From assembly GCA_025449695.1 (NCBI GenBank), contig JANWIW010000027.1, positions 283 to 64,282 of the forward strand: a stretch of 64,000 nucleotides of DNA. The letters are read 5' to 3'. The DNA is from Minisyncoccota bacterium. GTDB lineage: Bacteria; Patescibacteriota; Minisyncoccia; UBA6257; 2-01-FULL-56-20. The translations under genes were made by a program, and so were the position numbers. Shown here piece after piece: positions 49,561-59,279 of this stretch. The notes below the pieces were generated by a model. The model ran no database searches. It saw nothing but the letters and a program-made list of their open reading frames with translations, and was not told the DNA's origin. Position 1 is the stretch's first letter; each line of letters opens with the position of its first letter.

Positions 49561-51086
49561 TTCTTCTCTTCGTCGAACACTAATAGATGGTCGCCTTTCT
49601 CGATCGTGATGGAGGCGCCGGCAAGCACGCCGCATTCGTAGCCCTCCGGCACGGAGGAAGTATCTTTCTTCTGGGCCTGGAGGTTCGTGACCCGGCCCTG
49701 GCCCACGATCTTGCCTTCGCCCTTGCCCTCCGCGCCTTCACTGCGTCCGTCCGAAGCCTGGGACGAAGAGGGAGCAGGGGAGAAGCGCATTATCTGGAAC
49801 GGAGCCTTCTTGAAGTTTCCGGAGACAACCCGGCCGCCCACCACCTGTTTGTCCAGCTTGGCCGAATTGAAGACCGCGAGGATCTCGAGCACTCCGGACG
49901 GGCCCGCGACCTGGAGCTCCTTCAGCTTCTTCTCGACCGCGATGATCAGGTCGTAAACGATGTCCGAACTCACGACCTCCGTGCCTTGAGCCTGGGCGAG
50001 GTTCCTGGCGGCCTTGTCCACGTTGCTCTTGAAGGCGACGATGAGGGCCTTGCCGGACACTGCGAGCTTCACGTCGTTCTCGCCCACATCTCCCACCCCT
50101 TCGGCAAGGAGCACGAGAGGCTGTTCCGCGCCGAGGGCATGCAATATCTGGGAGAGTACCTCCAGAGAACCCGCATCACCCGCCTTCAGGATGAGGTTCA
50201 GGGCATCTCCTTTGAGGGTAGGCATCTCCGCGCCGGCCACGGCGGTCTTGATCTGGGCGGTCTTGGCCTTCTCGCCGGTCGTGAAGGTCTCGCCCACCTG
50301 GGGCAGGGACTCCAGGCCGACGACGAGCGCCGGCGCGCCGGCCGGGACCTCGTTTGCCGCTTTGCCTAAGAAGTTCTCCAGCATCTTCGCCTTGCCTTTC
50401 GCGGTCGGGGTGGCGATGTCGTCGCCCCGGCGCAAGGTGCCCTCGCGCACGATGAGCGAGGCTTCCATGCCGCGGTTCTTGTTGGTGCGCGTCTCGAGGA
50501 TGAAGCCTTCCGCAGGAAGCGAGGGGTCGTAGCGCAGTTCCTCGAGTTCCGCCGCGAGGATCAGGAGGTCCAGCAGCTCGTTCACGCCCTCGCCGGTCTT
50601 CGAGGACACCGGCTGGTAGCTCGTGGAGCCGCCGTAACCCTCCAGGTAAACGCCGTTCGCGAGAAGGTCGTTCTTGACCCGGTCCACGTCCGCGCTCGGC
50701 TTGTCGATCTTCGTGAGAGCGACCACATAGGGCGTCTTGGCCTGCTCCAGGATCTGGATGGCTTCCTTGGTCTGCGGCTTCACCCCTTCTTCCGCAGCGA
50801 CCACGAGTACGGCCAGGTCGGCTGCGTCCGCTCCGCGGGAACGCATCTTGGTGAAGGCCTCGTGGCCGGGGGTATCTATGAAGGTAAGTTTCTTTGCCTG
50901 TGTTGAGCCCGTCGAAACGTGTTCGATCTCGTAAGCGCCGATGGCCTGGGTGATGCCGCCCGCTTCGCGTCCGGCGACGTTCGCCTTGCGGATGTAATCG
51001 AGGAGGGAGGTCTTGCCGTGGTCCACGTGGCCCATAACCACGATGACCGGCTGGCGCTCCTTCAAATTGTTGGGTTTGTCGGCCAT
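49554..51086 (-). CDS. infB: translation initiation factor IF-2, short form
   Basis: G-domain [24 protein letters not shown] ... 510 aa, lacking the long N-terminal domains. Confidence 0.9.
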   Translation of the reverse strand: MADKPNNLKERQPVIVVMGHVDHGKTSLLDYIRKANVAGREAGGITQAIGAYEIEHVSTGSTQAKKLTFIDTPGHEAFTKMRSRGADAADLAVLVVAAEEGVKPQTKEAIQILEQAKTPYVVALTKIDKPSADVDRVKNDLLANGVYLEGYGGSTSYQPVSSKTGEGVNELLDLLILAAELEELRYDPSLPAEGFILETRTNKNRGMEASLIVREGTLRRGDDIATPTAKGKAKMLENFLGKAANEVPAGAPALVVGLESLPQVGETFTTGEKAKTAQIKTAVAGAEMPTLKGDALNLILKAGDAGSLEVLSQILHALGAEQPLVLLAEGVGDVGENDVKLAVSGKALIVAFKSNVDKAARNLAQAQGTEVVSSDIVYDLIIAVEKKLKELQVAGPSGVLEILAVFNSAKLDKQVVGGRVVSGNFKKAPFQIMRFSPAPSSSQASDGRSEGAEGKGEGKIVGQGRVTNLQAQKKDTSSVPEGYECGVLAGASITIEKGDHLLVFDEEKKL

Positions 51087-51417
51087 GTTAGCCCGCCCAT
51101 GATATCAAAAGAACGGCATTCCGTCGAATTTGGCTGTCCGGGACCTGTCATCCCGGCCTTGAGCCGGGATCCAGGATAACAGGGAAATACTGGATTCCGG
51201 ATAGCCCTGCTGGGCTTCCGGAATGACAAGCGGGCCTATTCGCTTTGTTTTCCGGATAGTATCCGTTCGATTTGACACGCTTCTACATTTGGCGTTGAAT
51301 AAGCAATCGTCCCTTGATAAGCAGGTCCGGAAAACCCAAGGGCAGCTATCTGCGCTTGGGTTTTCCGGACCGAACGCCGAATGCATCCTAACGATGTTGA
51401 AACCTGTGGAGGGACCG

Positions 51418-51801
51418 ATGAACAAGAACATTCGAGACGATATCACCGTGCTCACCGACCTGGACGACACGGATTACGACCGCATGATAACGCGGTTATA
51501 CATCATGCTGACCGAAACTCCGCCGTCCAAGCTCGTGCTCGACGTCACCGCAATGCGTAGCGCCAGTAATGCCGTGGCAAGCACGATCTGGCTGCGTTGG
51601 ACCATGGTGAACCAGAACCGCGTGCTCGCGGTCGTAGTCACCAGGGAGCAGCGTACGCGCCTGGCAGCGAACCGCGTGGCCGAGCTCCTCAACACTTTCG
51701 ACGACGTTGAGGCGGCTGTCGCGGCTGTCACCGCGGGCACGGTGCCTCCGGTGACCGATTCCGTCGAACCACAACAGGTTCAAGAGGAGGTTGTGTCATG
51801 A
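51418..51801 (+). CDS. STAS-domain protein (anti-sigma-factor antagonist-like)
   Basis: ATG 51418 preceded by SD GGAGGG; LVLDVTAMRSASNAVASTIWLRW ... LLNTFDDVEAAV resembles SpoIIAA-like STAS. Track start 51223 is an extension. Confidence 0.5.
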   Translation: MNKNIRDDITVLTDLDDTDYDRMITRLYIMLTETPPSKLVLDVTAMRSASNAVASTIWLRWTMVNQNRVLAVVVTREQRTRLAANRVAELLNTFDDVEAAVAAVTAGTVPPVTDSVEPQQVQEEVVS

Positions 51802-52142
51802 AGACCTATGTGGAGCAGAGCGTCCTGGTCGTGGTCCTTGGTGACGGCGACTACGACGACTGGGACCGCACCATCGCCGCCCTCGAGCCGGCCTGTCTGG
51901 TCGTGCTCGATCTCCGGAGTAATCTGGATCCCGGAGAGTCGGTGCGGAGAGCGGTGTCGGCACAGCGGCACGTCCAGGCCCACCACGGTGCTATTGCCGT
52001 CGTCCTGTCACCGCAGCTCAGCCTCGACTTCGAAGCCGATCCGAGACTGGCTTCCAATTTCGCTTCGTACCCGGGCGTCGGCAGGGCGGTGGACGCGCTC
52101 CTCAACGGCGAGGTGCCGCAAGCCATGGCGGTGACAGTATGA
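51798..52142 (+). CDS. hypothetical protein, 114 aa, possibly a second STAS-like module
   Basis: ATGA overlap with the upstream gene; high GC3. Confidence 0.4.
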   Translation: MKTYVEQSVLVVVLGDGDYDDWDRTIAALEPACLVVLDLRSNLDPGESVRRAVSAQRHVQAHHGAIAVVLSPQLSLDFEADPRLASNFASYPGVGRAVDALLNGEVPQAMAVTV

Positions 52143-52653
52143 ACCGCCACCCTTGCCGCAGAAGACCGCGGGCGTGTCATGGCTGTGATGGGAGCGACGA
52201 CACATCGGCGTACAAGGGCAACTGCGCGTGCCCGCAGCGGCGGATTCAGAACGCGCAGATCGAATGACGAGCGACGGGAAACCGTCGCTTCGTTCGTTTT
52301 TAGGAATTCCTTTATCCAATTCTTCCAGTGCCCAGAGACTTTTTTCTAGCTCGGCTGGACGATGATCCAATGCGCCCATCCCCCTCGCATTCCTTGAAGT
52401 CCGTAGGCGCCTTGGAGCTTGAGAATCGGGACCGAATGGAATAAACTTACGCCGCGAGGCAATTACCTCAACCTTGTCATTCCCGCGCAGCGCCCTTCCG
52501 TAGCCTTGCGCGGAGGAGGGAAGGCGGGAATCCAGTAAGTCGAGATGCGCAGGTAGCTGAGCGCCAGGATTTTTTGGGACCCGCCAGTCCTTACAAATTC
52601 CACTCCCTTTAGGGATGGCCGACGGTGTCAGTAGTTGAAAACGCTAACAATAC

Positions 52654-52742
52654 GGAGAGGTGGCTGAGTGGTCGAAAGCGGCTCCTTGCTAAGGAGTTAG
52701 AGGGGTTAAACCCTCTCGTGGGTTCGAATCCCACCCTCTCCG
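52654..52742 (+). tRNA. tRNA-Ser (anticodon GCT)
   Basis: Acceptor GGAGAGG/CCTCTCC, anticodon loop TTGCTAA, long variable arm, T-arm GTGGGTTCGAATCCCAC. Confidence 0.75.
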
Positions 52743-52874
52743 CCTTCGCCCGACGTAGCTTTAGCGAAGTCGGGATTCGCTAAAGCCGTCGGGCTTCGGC
52801 GGACGCAGTCCGCTCTAAAGGACAGCTTCGCCGAACTTTATAAATAGCTGATAAAGCACCTTTAGCATAAGGAT

Positions 52875-53123
52875 GTGTTTTACGTTTACATCTTAAAATG
52901 TGCAGATGGCCACCTTTATACTGGATGTACGGAAAATCTAAAGGAACGCTTATCCCGACATCGGGCCGGCCACGTTCCGGCCACAGCTTCACGCCTGCCT
53001 GTTGAATTAATCTGCTATGTTGCTTTTCATGATAAATATATAGCATTCGCATTCGAGAAATATTTAAAATTTGGTTCAGGGAGAGCATTCTTAAAGAAAC
53101 ATCTAACTATAGGAAGCGCATAG
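52875..53123 (+). CDS. GIY-YIG nuclease family protein (small stand-alone form)
   Basis: MFYVYILKCADGHLYTGCTENLKERLSRH is the classic GIY-YIG N-terminus; 82 aa; lower-GC region after tRNA-Ser. Confidence 0.75.
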   Translation: MFYVYILKCADGHLYTGCTENLKERLSRHRAGHVPATASRLPVELICYVAFHDKYIAFAFEKYLKFGSGRAFLKKHLTIGSA

Positions 53124-53265
53124 TGCCTGCCTGCAGGACACGGCCATGCCACCCGCTCCGCTGTCAAGCACCGTGACATTTGAAAAACCAACCGCCAAAC
53201 CTGTTTTCTTCGAGATGTTGCCAAGGTGCTGATACACTGCGTTGTAGTTGATCGATATGGAAATT

Positions 53266-53345
53266 TTATGTTTAGATAACTCATCGATCTTTGAAAAGCT
53301 TGTGACACCAGAAAAGGCTTGTCAGACCTTTTCTGGCGTCACAAG
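53266..53345 (+). promoter_or_regulatory. conserved 30-nt leader motif plus long hairpin; paralogous copy at 57471-57564
   Basis: TTATGTTTAGATAACTCATCGATCTTTGAAA versus TTATGTTTAGATAATTCACCGATCATTGAAA, each followed by a 16-19-bp stem hairpin, then SD and gene start about 40-110 nt downstream. Confidence 0.5.
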
Positions 53346-53384
53346 ACAAAGCCAGCAAATCTAACGCGAAAAGGAGAACGACAA

Positions 53385-53750
53385 GTGCAACAGATTCTCG
53401 TCATCACCCACAACGGCCTCCCGCCGAGCCAGGGAGGCAAGCGCCTCGGTTACGTCTGCGGCGACCTCGCCTTCATGTTCGGTGGTCCACCGCAAGGCAT
53501 CTCCCTCTCACGCCTCCGCATGATTCGAGAAGAGGAAGAGAAGAAAGCCGTGCCCGTACCCCCGTCATCCTCGCCGCCAGTCACGATGGTGGTCTACAAC
53601 ACGTTGAAGGAGGCGCAGTATTCGGACGGCGAGTGCCCGCACTGCGGCAAGTACCCGAACCCGACGGTGGACCTTCTCACCACGACGGGTATGCGACGGG
53701 TCGTTCAATGCACGAAATGCAACGAGTTCGCCCGTCCGTACGGGACCTAA
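53385..53750 (+). CDS. hypothetical zinc-ribbon protein
   Basis: GTG start with SD AAGGAGA 7 nt upstream; CPHCG ... CTKCNEF pair of Cys dyads. Confidence 0.45.
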   Translation: MQQILVITHNGLPPSQGGKRLGYVCGDLAFMFGGPPQGISLSRLRMIREEEEKKAVPVPPSSSPPVTMVVYNTLKEAQYSDGECPHCGKYPNPTVDLLTTTGMRRVVQCTKCNEFARPYGT

Positions 53751-53843
53751 CAACTCATCACGGCTCCGTCAGGAGGCTTCGGCCCCTCACGGAGCCGAAG
53801 TCTTTTAATGATCAGGCAAAAGAAAGTCGCAAAACCTAGCTGC

Positions 53844-53861
53844 AGGTTCGAACGTCCTCCA
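53844..53861 (+). repeat. 18-bp direct repeat AGGTTCGAACGTCCTCCA; second copy at 56182-56199
   Basis: Exact copies bracket the small-membrane-protein plus lipase module (about 2.3 kb); sequence resembles a tRNA T-loop (GGTTCGAA). Confidence 0.8.
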
Positions 53862-53914
53862 ATAACCCCTGCGTCGTATCGCATTTGCATAGGACGGAGC
53901 TTGTTCTACAATAG

Positions 53915-54244
53915 TTGCATATGGCCGAGCCGCAGGTGGTTCACCGGGTCTTAAAAGGAAGGATGTTTTTAAGTATCTTCTGGGGCGTCCTTATAGTGCC
54001 GTCGTTATTCTTTTTCGTAATGTCCCTGTTCGCGTTCGATGGGAATGGCGCTGGGCAAAGCCCGCTCGTGTGGACGGCCTTCCTGACCTCCTTCACCCTG
54101 CCGCTCGTTCTTCTCATTTGTTGTGTCGGCGGGATCATAGTCTCGCGTGGTGTCCGCACGAAAAGTAAGGATCGCGTGGCGACTATTTTCAGTATCGTCC
54201 CTGTAATCGCGCTCCTCGGGGCCGCACTGATCTTCGTCATATGA
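53915..54244 (+). CDS. small membrane protein
   Basis: Three hydrophobic helices; stop overlaps the lipase start (ATGA). Confidence 0.45.
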   Translation: MHMAEPQVVHRVLKGRMFLSIFWGVLIVPSLFFFVMSLFAFDGNGAGQSPLVWTAFLTSFTLPLVLLICCVGGIIVSRGVRTKSKDRVATIFSIVPVIALLGAALIFVI

Positions 54245-56031
54245 AAAAGATGCTCTTGATCCAGAAAGTGATGATGGCCGCCGCCGCGCTCGGCGTGCTC
54301 TTGAGTCCTCTCACCACCTTCGCCCTGGTCAAGAACGTCGCGAACAGTCCCGCGGGTACCTACGGCGTCGTGGACAAGCGCGAGTACCCGATCATCTTCG
54401 TCCACGGCGCGGCGGGATCGGAATTGGACAGGGGTGGCACCAATCTTTGGCCGGGATACATCGGCGGCATTATCAACGATTCGGGAGCGGCGCAAATGGC
54501 GCTGAACTCCGACGGCAAGACGGATTGCTGCGGCAAGGTCACGGCGACCAAGGTCCTCCGGTACGGGGCGGGTTATGACATAGGCAGTTCCTGGATCAAC
54601 CCTCAGTTCGCGCCCGTGTACCAGGGCTTCTACGACTACATGACGGGGCAGGGTTTCGCGTACGAGAACCCCGGCGAGGATGGCAAGGTGTTCTACGATT
54701 TCGTCTACGACTGGCGCAAGGACAACCGCGCCTGGACGCCGGAGCTAGACCGCAAGGTCAACCAGGTTCTCAAGGAAACGAAAGCCGATAAAGTCATACT
54801 GGCCGGCCACTCCATGGGCGGCATCCAAGTCCGCCTCTATATGAACAACCCGGCGTACGCGAAGAAGGTCGCCGCCGTCATTTTCCTCGCGACGCCCCAT
54901 CATGGTGCTCCCCAGGTGCTCTGGGCCTACACCTACGGGTACAACTTCGGCAACTCCAAGGTGGGGGACACGCGCATGTGGGAAGTCATGAAGAACTGGC
55001 CTGCAGGCTACCAGTTGCTGCCGGATTACCCTTCGGTCCAGGACGACGAGACGGGTAAGTTCTGGACGATGGACCAGCTTCTGGCCGGACAATTCTACAG
55101 CCAACAGGAATACCAGCACACGCTCGATAGCGCGACGGGCAGGGGAGCGACCTATCTGCCGCACGCCGGCCTGCCCAACGCGACGTTCGCGAGGGATGCG
55201 CTCGCCTTCCACCAGAACGTGTTGGGCGATTCGGTGAAACAGTACCCAGGGGTCAAGTATTACATGGTCGCCGGCACGGGACAGGACACCGTCCAGTACT
55301 TCACCGGCAAGCTTGTGTCGCGGCCGGGGTTCACGTTGCCGATCCTGGAGCTGACCAAAGTGAAGAGCAAGAACGGCGACGGCACTGTGCCGACGGCCGG
55401 CGCGAAGATAAACGGCGTTGACGAATTCGTCACCGTCGTCGGCGAGCACGGTGCTATACCGTCCACGCCCGCCGCGCAAGTCCTCGTCACCAAGTTCAGG
55501 AAGACTACCAACGACGAAGACTTCCGTAAGAGCCTGGATACGGCGTTTGCGCGGTACGCGACGCAGAAACTGCCGGAGGCCGCGCGCATGAGAAACGCGG
55601 GCCTTAACCGGAAGGAAGGTTCGGACAGCAAGGATGACAACCTTGCTATGAGCATCCTCAGACTGCTTTTCTTCCCCATTCCCAATGAAGAGAAGATCAA
55701 GGAGCGCGACGCCATGCAGCGCGACGCGGCGCGCATCTTCGAGAATCAAAACGTGAATGTAGAAATAACCGCGAGCGGGGATAAAAGCGACGACACGCTC
55801 CACGCGGTCATCAGAAACTTCGAATTGGCCGCTCATGGTAACGGCGTGGTATCGCCCGCGCAGACCACGATCCACGTGCCGAGCTACGAGATATTCGACG
55901 CCATCGTGAGCGGGAAGCTGGATGGCTGGGAGGCCTACAAGAACGGCACTGTCACGATTACCGGGAACGGCCTCATTAACGGGTTGAGGATGCGGTTCGT
56001 GTCTTGGCTCTCGAAGTTCGCGGGCATGTAG
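54241..56031 (+). CDS. secreted alpha/beta-hydrolase lipase (LCAT/PGAP1-like) fused to a C-terminal SCP2-like lipid-binding domain
   Basis: Signal peptide MKKMLLIQKVMMAAAALGVLLSPLTTFA; nucleophile elbow LAGHSMGG; C-terminal FDAIVSGKLDGWEAYKNGTVTITGNGLINGLRMRF resembles SCP2. Confidence 0.7.
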   Translation: MKKMLLIQKVMMAAAALGVLLSPLTTFALVKNVANSPAGTYGVVDKREYPIIFVHGAAGSELDRGGTNLWPGYIGGIINDSGAAQMALNSDGKTDCCGKVTATKVLRYGAGYDIGSSWINPQFAPVYQGFYDYMTGQGFAYENPGEDGKVFYDFVYDWRKDNRAWTPELDRKVNQVLKETKADKVILAGHSMGGIQVRLYMNNPAYAKKVAAVIFLATPHHGAPQVLWAYTYGYNFGNSKVGDTRMWEVMKNWPAGYQLLPDYPSVQDDETGKFWTMDQLLAGQFYSQQEYQHTLDSATGRGATYLPHAGLPNATFARDALAFHQNVLGDSVKQYPGVKYYMVAGTGQDTVQYFTGKLVSRPGFTLPILELTKVKSKNGDGTVPTAGAKINGVDEFVTVVGEHGAIPSTPAAQVLVTKFRKTTNDEDFRKSLDTAFARYATQKLPEAARMRNAGLNRKEGSDSKDDNLAMSILRLLFFPIPNEEKIKERDAMQRDAARIFENQNVNVEITASGDKSDDTLHAVIRNFELAAHGNGVVSPAQTTIHVPSYEIFDAIVSGKLDGWEAYKNGTVTITGNGLINGLRMRFVSWLSKFAGM

Positions 56032-56230
56032 TCCCGGCGTAGTTCGGGTTGCCGCCCGAACCGACCGCAGCCGGGGCAGCGACCAGAAGCCGTACTGGCC
56101 GGAAAGCGACCTCGCATCGAACGAGCGGCAAGCAGGTCGGGGCGAGAAGTACTCCGTGGTCTTCCAGGACCAGAAGGTAAGAGGTTCGAACGTCCTCCAG
56201 GAGCCCTCGCGTGACAACTTTTTACCGGCG

Positions 56231-56434
56231 TTATTTTTCGTATTCTAAAATGTCCCCGGGCTGGCATTCTAAAGCTTTGCAGATAGCTTCCAAAGTTGAG
56301 AGGCGAATTGCTTTTGCCTTTCCGTTTTTCAACACGGAGATATTGGCTATCGTGATGCCGACCCTCCCAGCAAGCTCGGTAACGCTCATTTTTCGCTTCG
56401 CCAACATGACGTCGATGTTGATGATGATTGCCAT
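56231..56434 (-). CDS. XRE-family HTH transcriptional regulator (Cro/C1-type)
   Basis: MSVTELAGRVGITIANISVLKNGKAKAIRLSTLEAICKAL; SD AAGGAG; 67 aa. Confidence 0.8.
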   Translation of the reverse strand: MAIIINIDVMLAKRKMSVTELAGRVGITIANISVLKNGKAKAIRLSTLEAICKALECQPGDILEYEK

Positions 56435-56444
56435 GTTGGTCTCC

Positions 56445-56927
56445 TTATACCGTTAAATCGTTCTCGGATTTTATATCCACGGCGTTTTGCAAAATCCGTT
56501 CAAACACGGCCGCCGCTGTGCCGATAACAATAGAGGCGAAGATAGCTACGAGACCCATCATTACACCTCCCGCAATGTCGTCCTTGCCTCTGATAGCTAT
56601 GAATAGATAAGCTTCTGCCCCCACGATAAAACCCGCGGTAGCTAGTGCGCAATATTTTATAGTCCGTAAAGCGTTCACGGCCGCTTGCGAGAATACCTCG
56701 TTTTGTCCGGTATATTCCAACACCCTGAATGCCTGATAGAGCGCAACGAAAAACGGAATAGACGCTATATACATATACGCCAGAAACGGATCTTTGAAGT
56801 AGATTGCGAAGAGCGTGGCGTGCGCATTCCTGCCTTCGAGGCGGGGCTCCCAAAGCATGAGGCCAATAACGCCGATGCTTAGAGCCACAATGACTACCTG
56901 AAGAAATATCGTTGAGCTTTTTTTCAT
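56445..56927 (-). CDS. DUF2975-family membrane protein
   Basis: 4-TM, 160 aa, immediately upstream of the XRE regulator (the conserved DUF2975 plus HTH pair). Confidence 0.65.
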   Translation of the reverse strand: MKKSSTIFLQVVIVALSIGVIGLMLWEPRLEGRNAHATLFAIYFKDPFLAYMYIASIPFFVALYQAFRVLEYTGQNEVFSQAAVNALRTIKYCALATAGFIVGAEAYLFIAIRGKDDIAGGVMMGLVAIFASIVIGTAAAVFERILQNAVDIKSENDLTV

Positions 56928-57673
56928 AGGTGGTTCTTACAGATTCTTATAGTTTCAAGCTTAATTTAGTGGTTATCGTTTGTCAATATATATTTATCGT
57001 TACTAGCTACTCTCAATAATTGTCATCTTTTGTCCCTCATAGTTCAGCCTGCCTCAGTATCGGGCTTGACCCGAATGCTTATGATGGCAGAGGCGATCCG
57101 AGTATGTGTCTTGATATGCTAAGATCAAAATATTATGAGGATTCATCCAATTGTCCGCATCTTGGCAGGTATAGCTTTACTCGTCCTTATTTTTGTGGGC
57201 TTTGTAGCATGGCGCATGGGACTTCCGTCATTCCAGGGAACAGGAGGCGTGTTTGGTGCTTTAGCTGGGCTAGTGGGCGGTGTGATAGTCGTCTACATAC
57301 TGAATTGGTTTTGGAAAAACTATCGAAAATAGCTTGCGACCCACAAGGCTATTGTGCGAACTTTGCTGAGCCTAGAAAAATCCTGCTTTACCCTGTATCG
57401 ACTGGGGACTTAACTCACGTGGCCCGCTGGTGTAGAACGGCCTCGAACCTGTTTGACGAATCTGGATTATTTATGTTTAGATAATTCACCGATCATTGAA
57501 ATGAATTTATACGGAACTTGACCTGGAAGCCTAAGCGCAAAGACCGTTTAGGCTTCCAGGTCAGGAAAGACTACGTAAAGGAGGTTGGAACGATCGTGGA
57601 GCTTGAGACTGCGAGCGACGTGCATGTCGCTGGCTTGTGGTTGTTACCTTTGAACTGAGACGGAGGTTCTCCT

Positions 57674-59080
57674 ATGTTCAACGCTAAACTCGCCCTCATG
57701 GATTCCAGGGATCTCTGGCGAGAAAAATTACTCGCCCCTCTCATTGAGTTCGGGCGTATCCCGGGCATCTCGCCCGGCTATGCCCCGACCTGGGCCGCCG
57801 ACGGGCACATCCAGCGCACCGCCGAATTCATGGCGTCGTGGTGCAGGACGTTGCCCATCCGTGGACTCAAGGTGAAGATCATGCGCTCCGGCAAGAGGAC
57901 GCCGATGCTTCTCGTCACCGTCCGCGGCAAGGTGCGCGGCACAGTGGTCGGGTACGCACACGGCGACAAACAGCCGGTGCTCGAAGCCTGGCGCCGCGGT
58001 CTCGATCCGTGGACGCCTCTGCGGAGGGGCAGGAAGCTCTTCGGCCGGGGCCTGGCCGACGACGGCTACGGACTCTTCGCGCTCATGGGCGCGCTCATGA
58101 TCCTTCAGCAACAGGAGGTTGACCACCGTACCTGCGTCTGCATCATCGAGTTCTCCGAGGAATCGGGGAGCGTCGACCTGCCGGCGTATCTCAAGAAGCT
58201 GCGGCGCCAGCTCGCCAACCCGTCGCTCATCGTCTGTCTCGATTCCGGAGCAGGCGACTATGGTCATCTGTGGCTGACCGGCTCCCTGCGCGGCGTCGGC
58301 AACGGCTTCCTGGAAGTCAAAACGATGCTGACCGGCAAGCACTCTGGTGAAGGTACAAACATCGTGGCCGACACGTCGCGCATCACCCGCCACCTGCTTG
58401 ACCGCATCGAGGACTCCGCGACCGGCCGGATCATCATTCCCGGCGTCGACGTGGAGATTCCCGAGGACCGCATGGCGGAGCTCAGGGCGGCCGCGGAGGC
58501 CATGGGTGACAATGTGTGGAAGGATATGCCTCTCCTCCCCGGCGTGCGGCCGATGAGCGATGACCCGCTCGAGCTGCTTCTGAACCGCACCTGGCGCGCG
58601 GGCCTCACGCAGACCGGCATTGCCGGCATCCCCGGCCTTGACGGAGGCAACGTGCTCCGGCCGAGCACCACCACCAAGCTCTCTATGCGGTTCGCGCCGA
58701 CGGCCGACGCCCACGCCCTCATGGCGAGGATGAAAGAGATTCTCGAAGCGGATCCGCCGTACGGCGCGCAGGTCACCTTCACGCTGAGCCAGGTCGTCCA
58801 GGGCTGGACCGCCCCCGAGATGCCGGCATGGCTTGCGGCGAGCGCAGCCGAATCTTCCCAGGCCTTCTTCGGACGGCTGGTCAAGATCCTCGGCGAGGGC
58901 GGCTCGATCCCGTTCATGAAGATGATGAGCGACTACTTTCCCGGCTCGCCGCTCTTCATTACCGGTCTGCTCGGACCCGGAGCCAACGCTCACGCGCCGA
59001 ACGAGTCGCTCGACCTGCCGACGGTCGTGAAGCTCACGGCCACGATCGCCAAGCTGCTCGCGGACGACGCGCGCCGCTGA
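57674..59080 (+). CDS. M20-family metallopeptidase (dipeptidase/deacylase)
   Basis: HGDKQPV and GRGLADDG metal-binding motifs; SD GGAGG upstream. Confidence 0.8.
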   Translation: MFNAKLALMDSRDLWREKLLAPLIEFGRIPGISPGYAPTWAADGHIQRTAEFMASWCRTLPIRGLKVKIMRSGKRTPMLLVTVRGKVRGTVVGYAHGDKQPVLEAWRRGLDPWTPLRRGRKLFGRGLADDGYGLFALMGALMILQQQEVDHRTCVCIIEFSEESGSVDLPAYLKKLRRQLANPSLIVCLDSGAGDYGHLWLTGSLRGVGNGFLEVKTMLTGKHSGEGTNIVADTSRITRHLLDRIEDSATGRIIIPGVDVEIPEDRMAELRAAAEAMGDNVWKDMPLLPGVRPMSDDPLELLLNRTWRAGLTQTGIAGIPGLDGGNVLRPSTTTKLSMRFAPTADAHALMARMKEILEADPPYGAQVTFTLSQVVQGWTAPEMPAWLAASAAESSQAFFGRLVKILGEGGSIPFMKMMSDYFPGSPLFITGLLGPGANAHAPNESLDLPTVVKLTATIAKLLADDARR

Positions 59081-59279
59081 TCTACCTTCGTACGCAGTCT
59101 TTTCGGGAAGCAATCATGTCCCGGCGGATGGCAGCCCGAACTGCCATCCGCCACTTACAAACACCTTCGCAATGGTGTTTTGTCGTTTTATGGCAGCGAA
59201 TTGCTTCTCTAGCGGTTCGAACATGTTCCAGGAACCCCGCGGCGAAAACCTGTCGAGCGCGATAGGGTATACTCAAAAA

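Noticed and set aside
57020-57484. 154-aa plus-strand ORF in the low-GC spacer before the M20 peptidase
   Set aside because: No SD, Cys/Ser/Arg-rich composition, and it overlaps the conserved leader motif and hairpin. Judged non-coding. The 65-aa membrane-like ORF at 57135-57332 inside it is kept only as a weak possibility.
57517-57564. Long hairpins ending in GCCTAA ... TTAGGC considered as integron attC sites
   Set aside because: The core-site-like heptamers are only approximate. Stems are near-perfect, whereas attC sites have bulged extrahelical bases. No intI integrase or attI is present, and the downstream genes have their own SD and promoter-like context.
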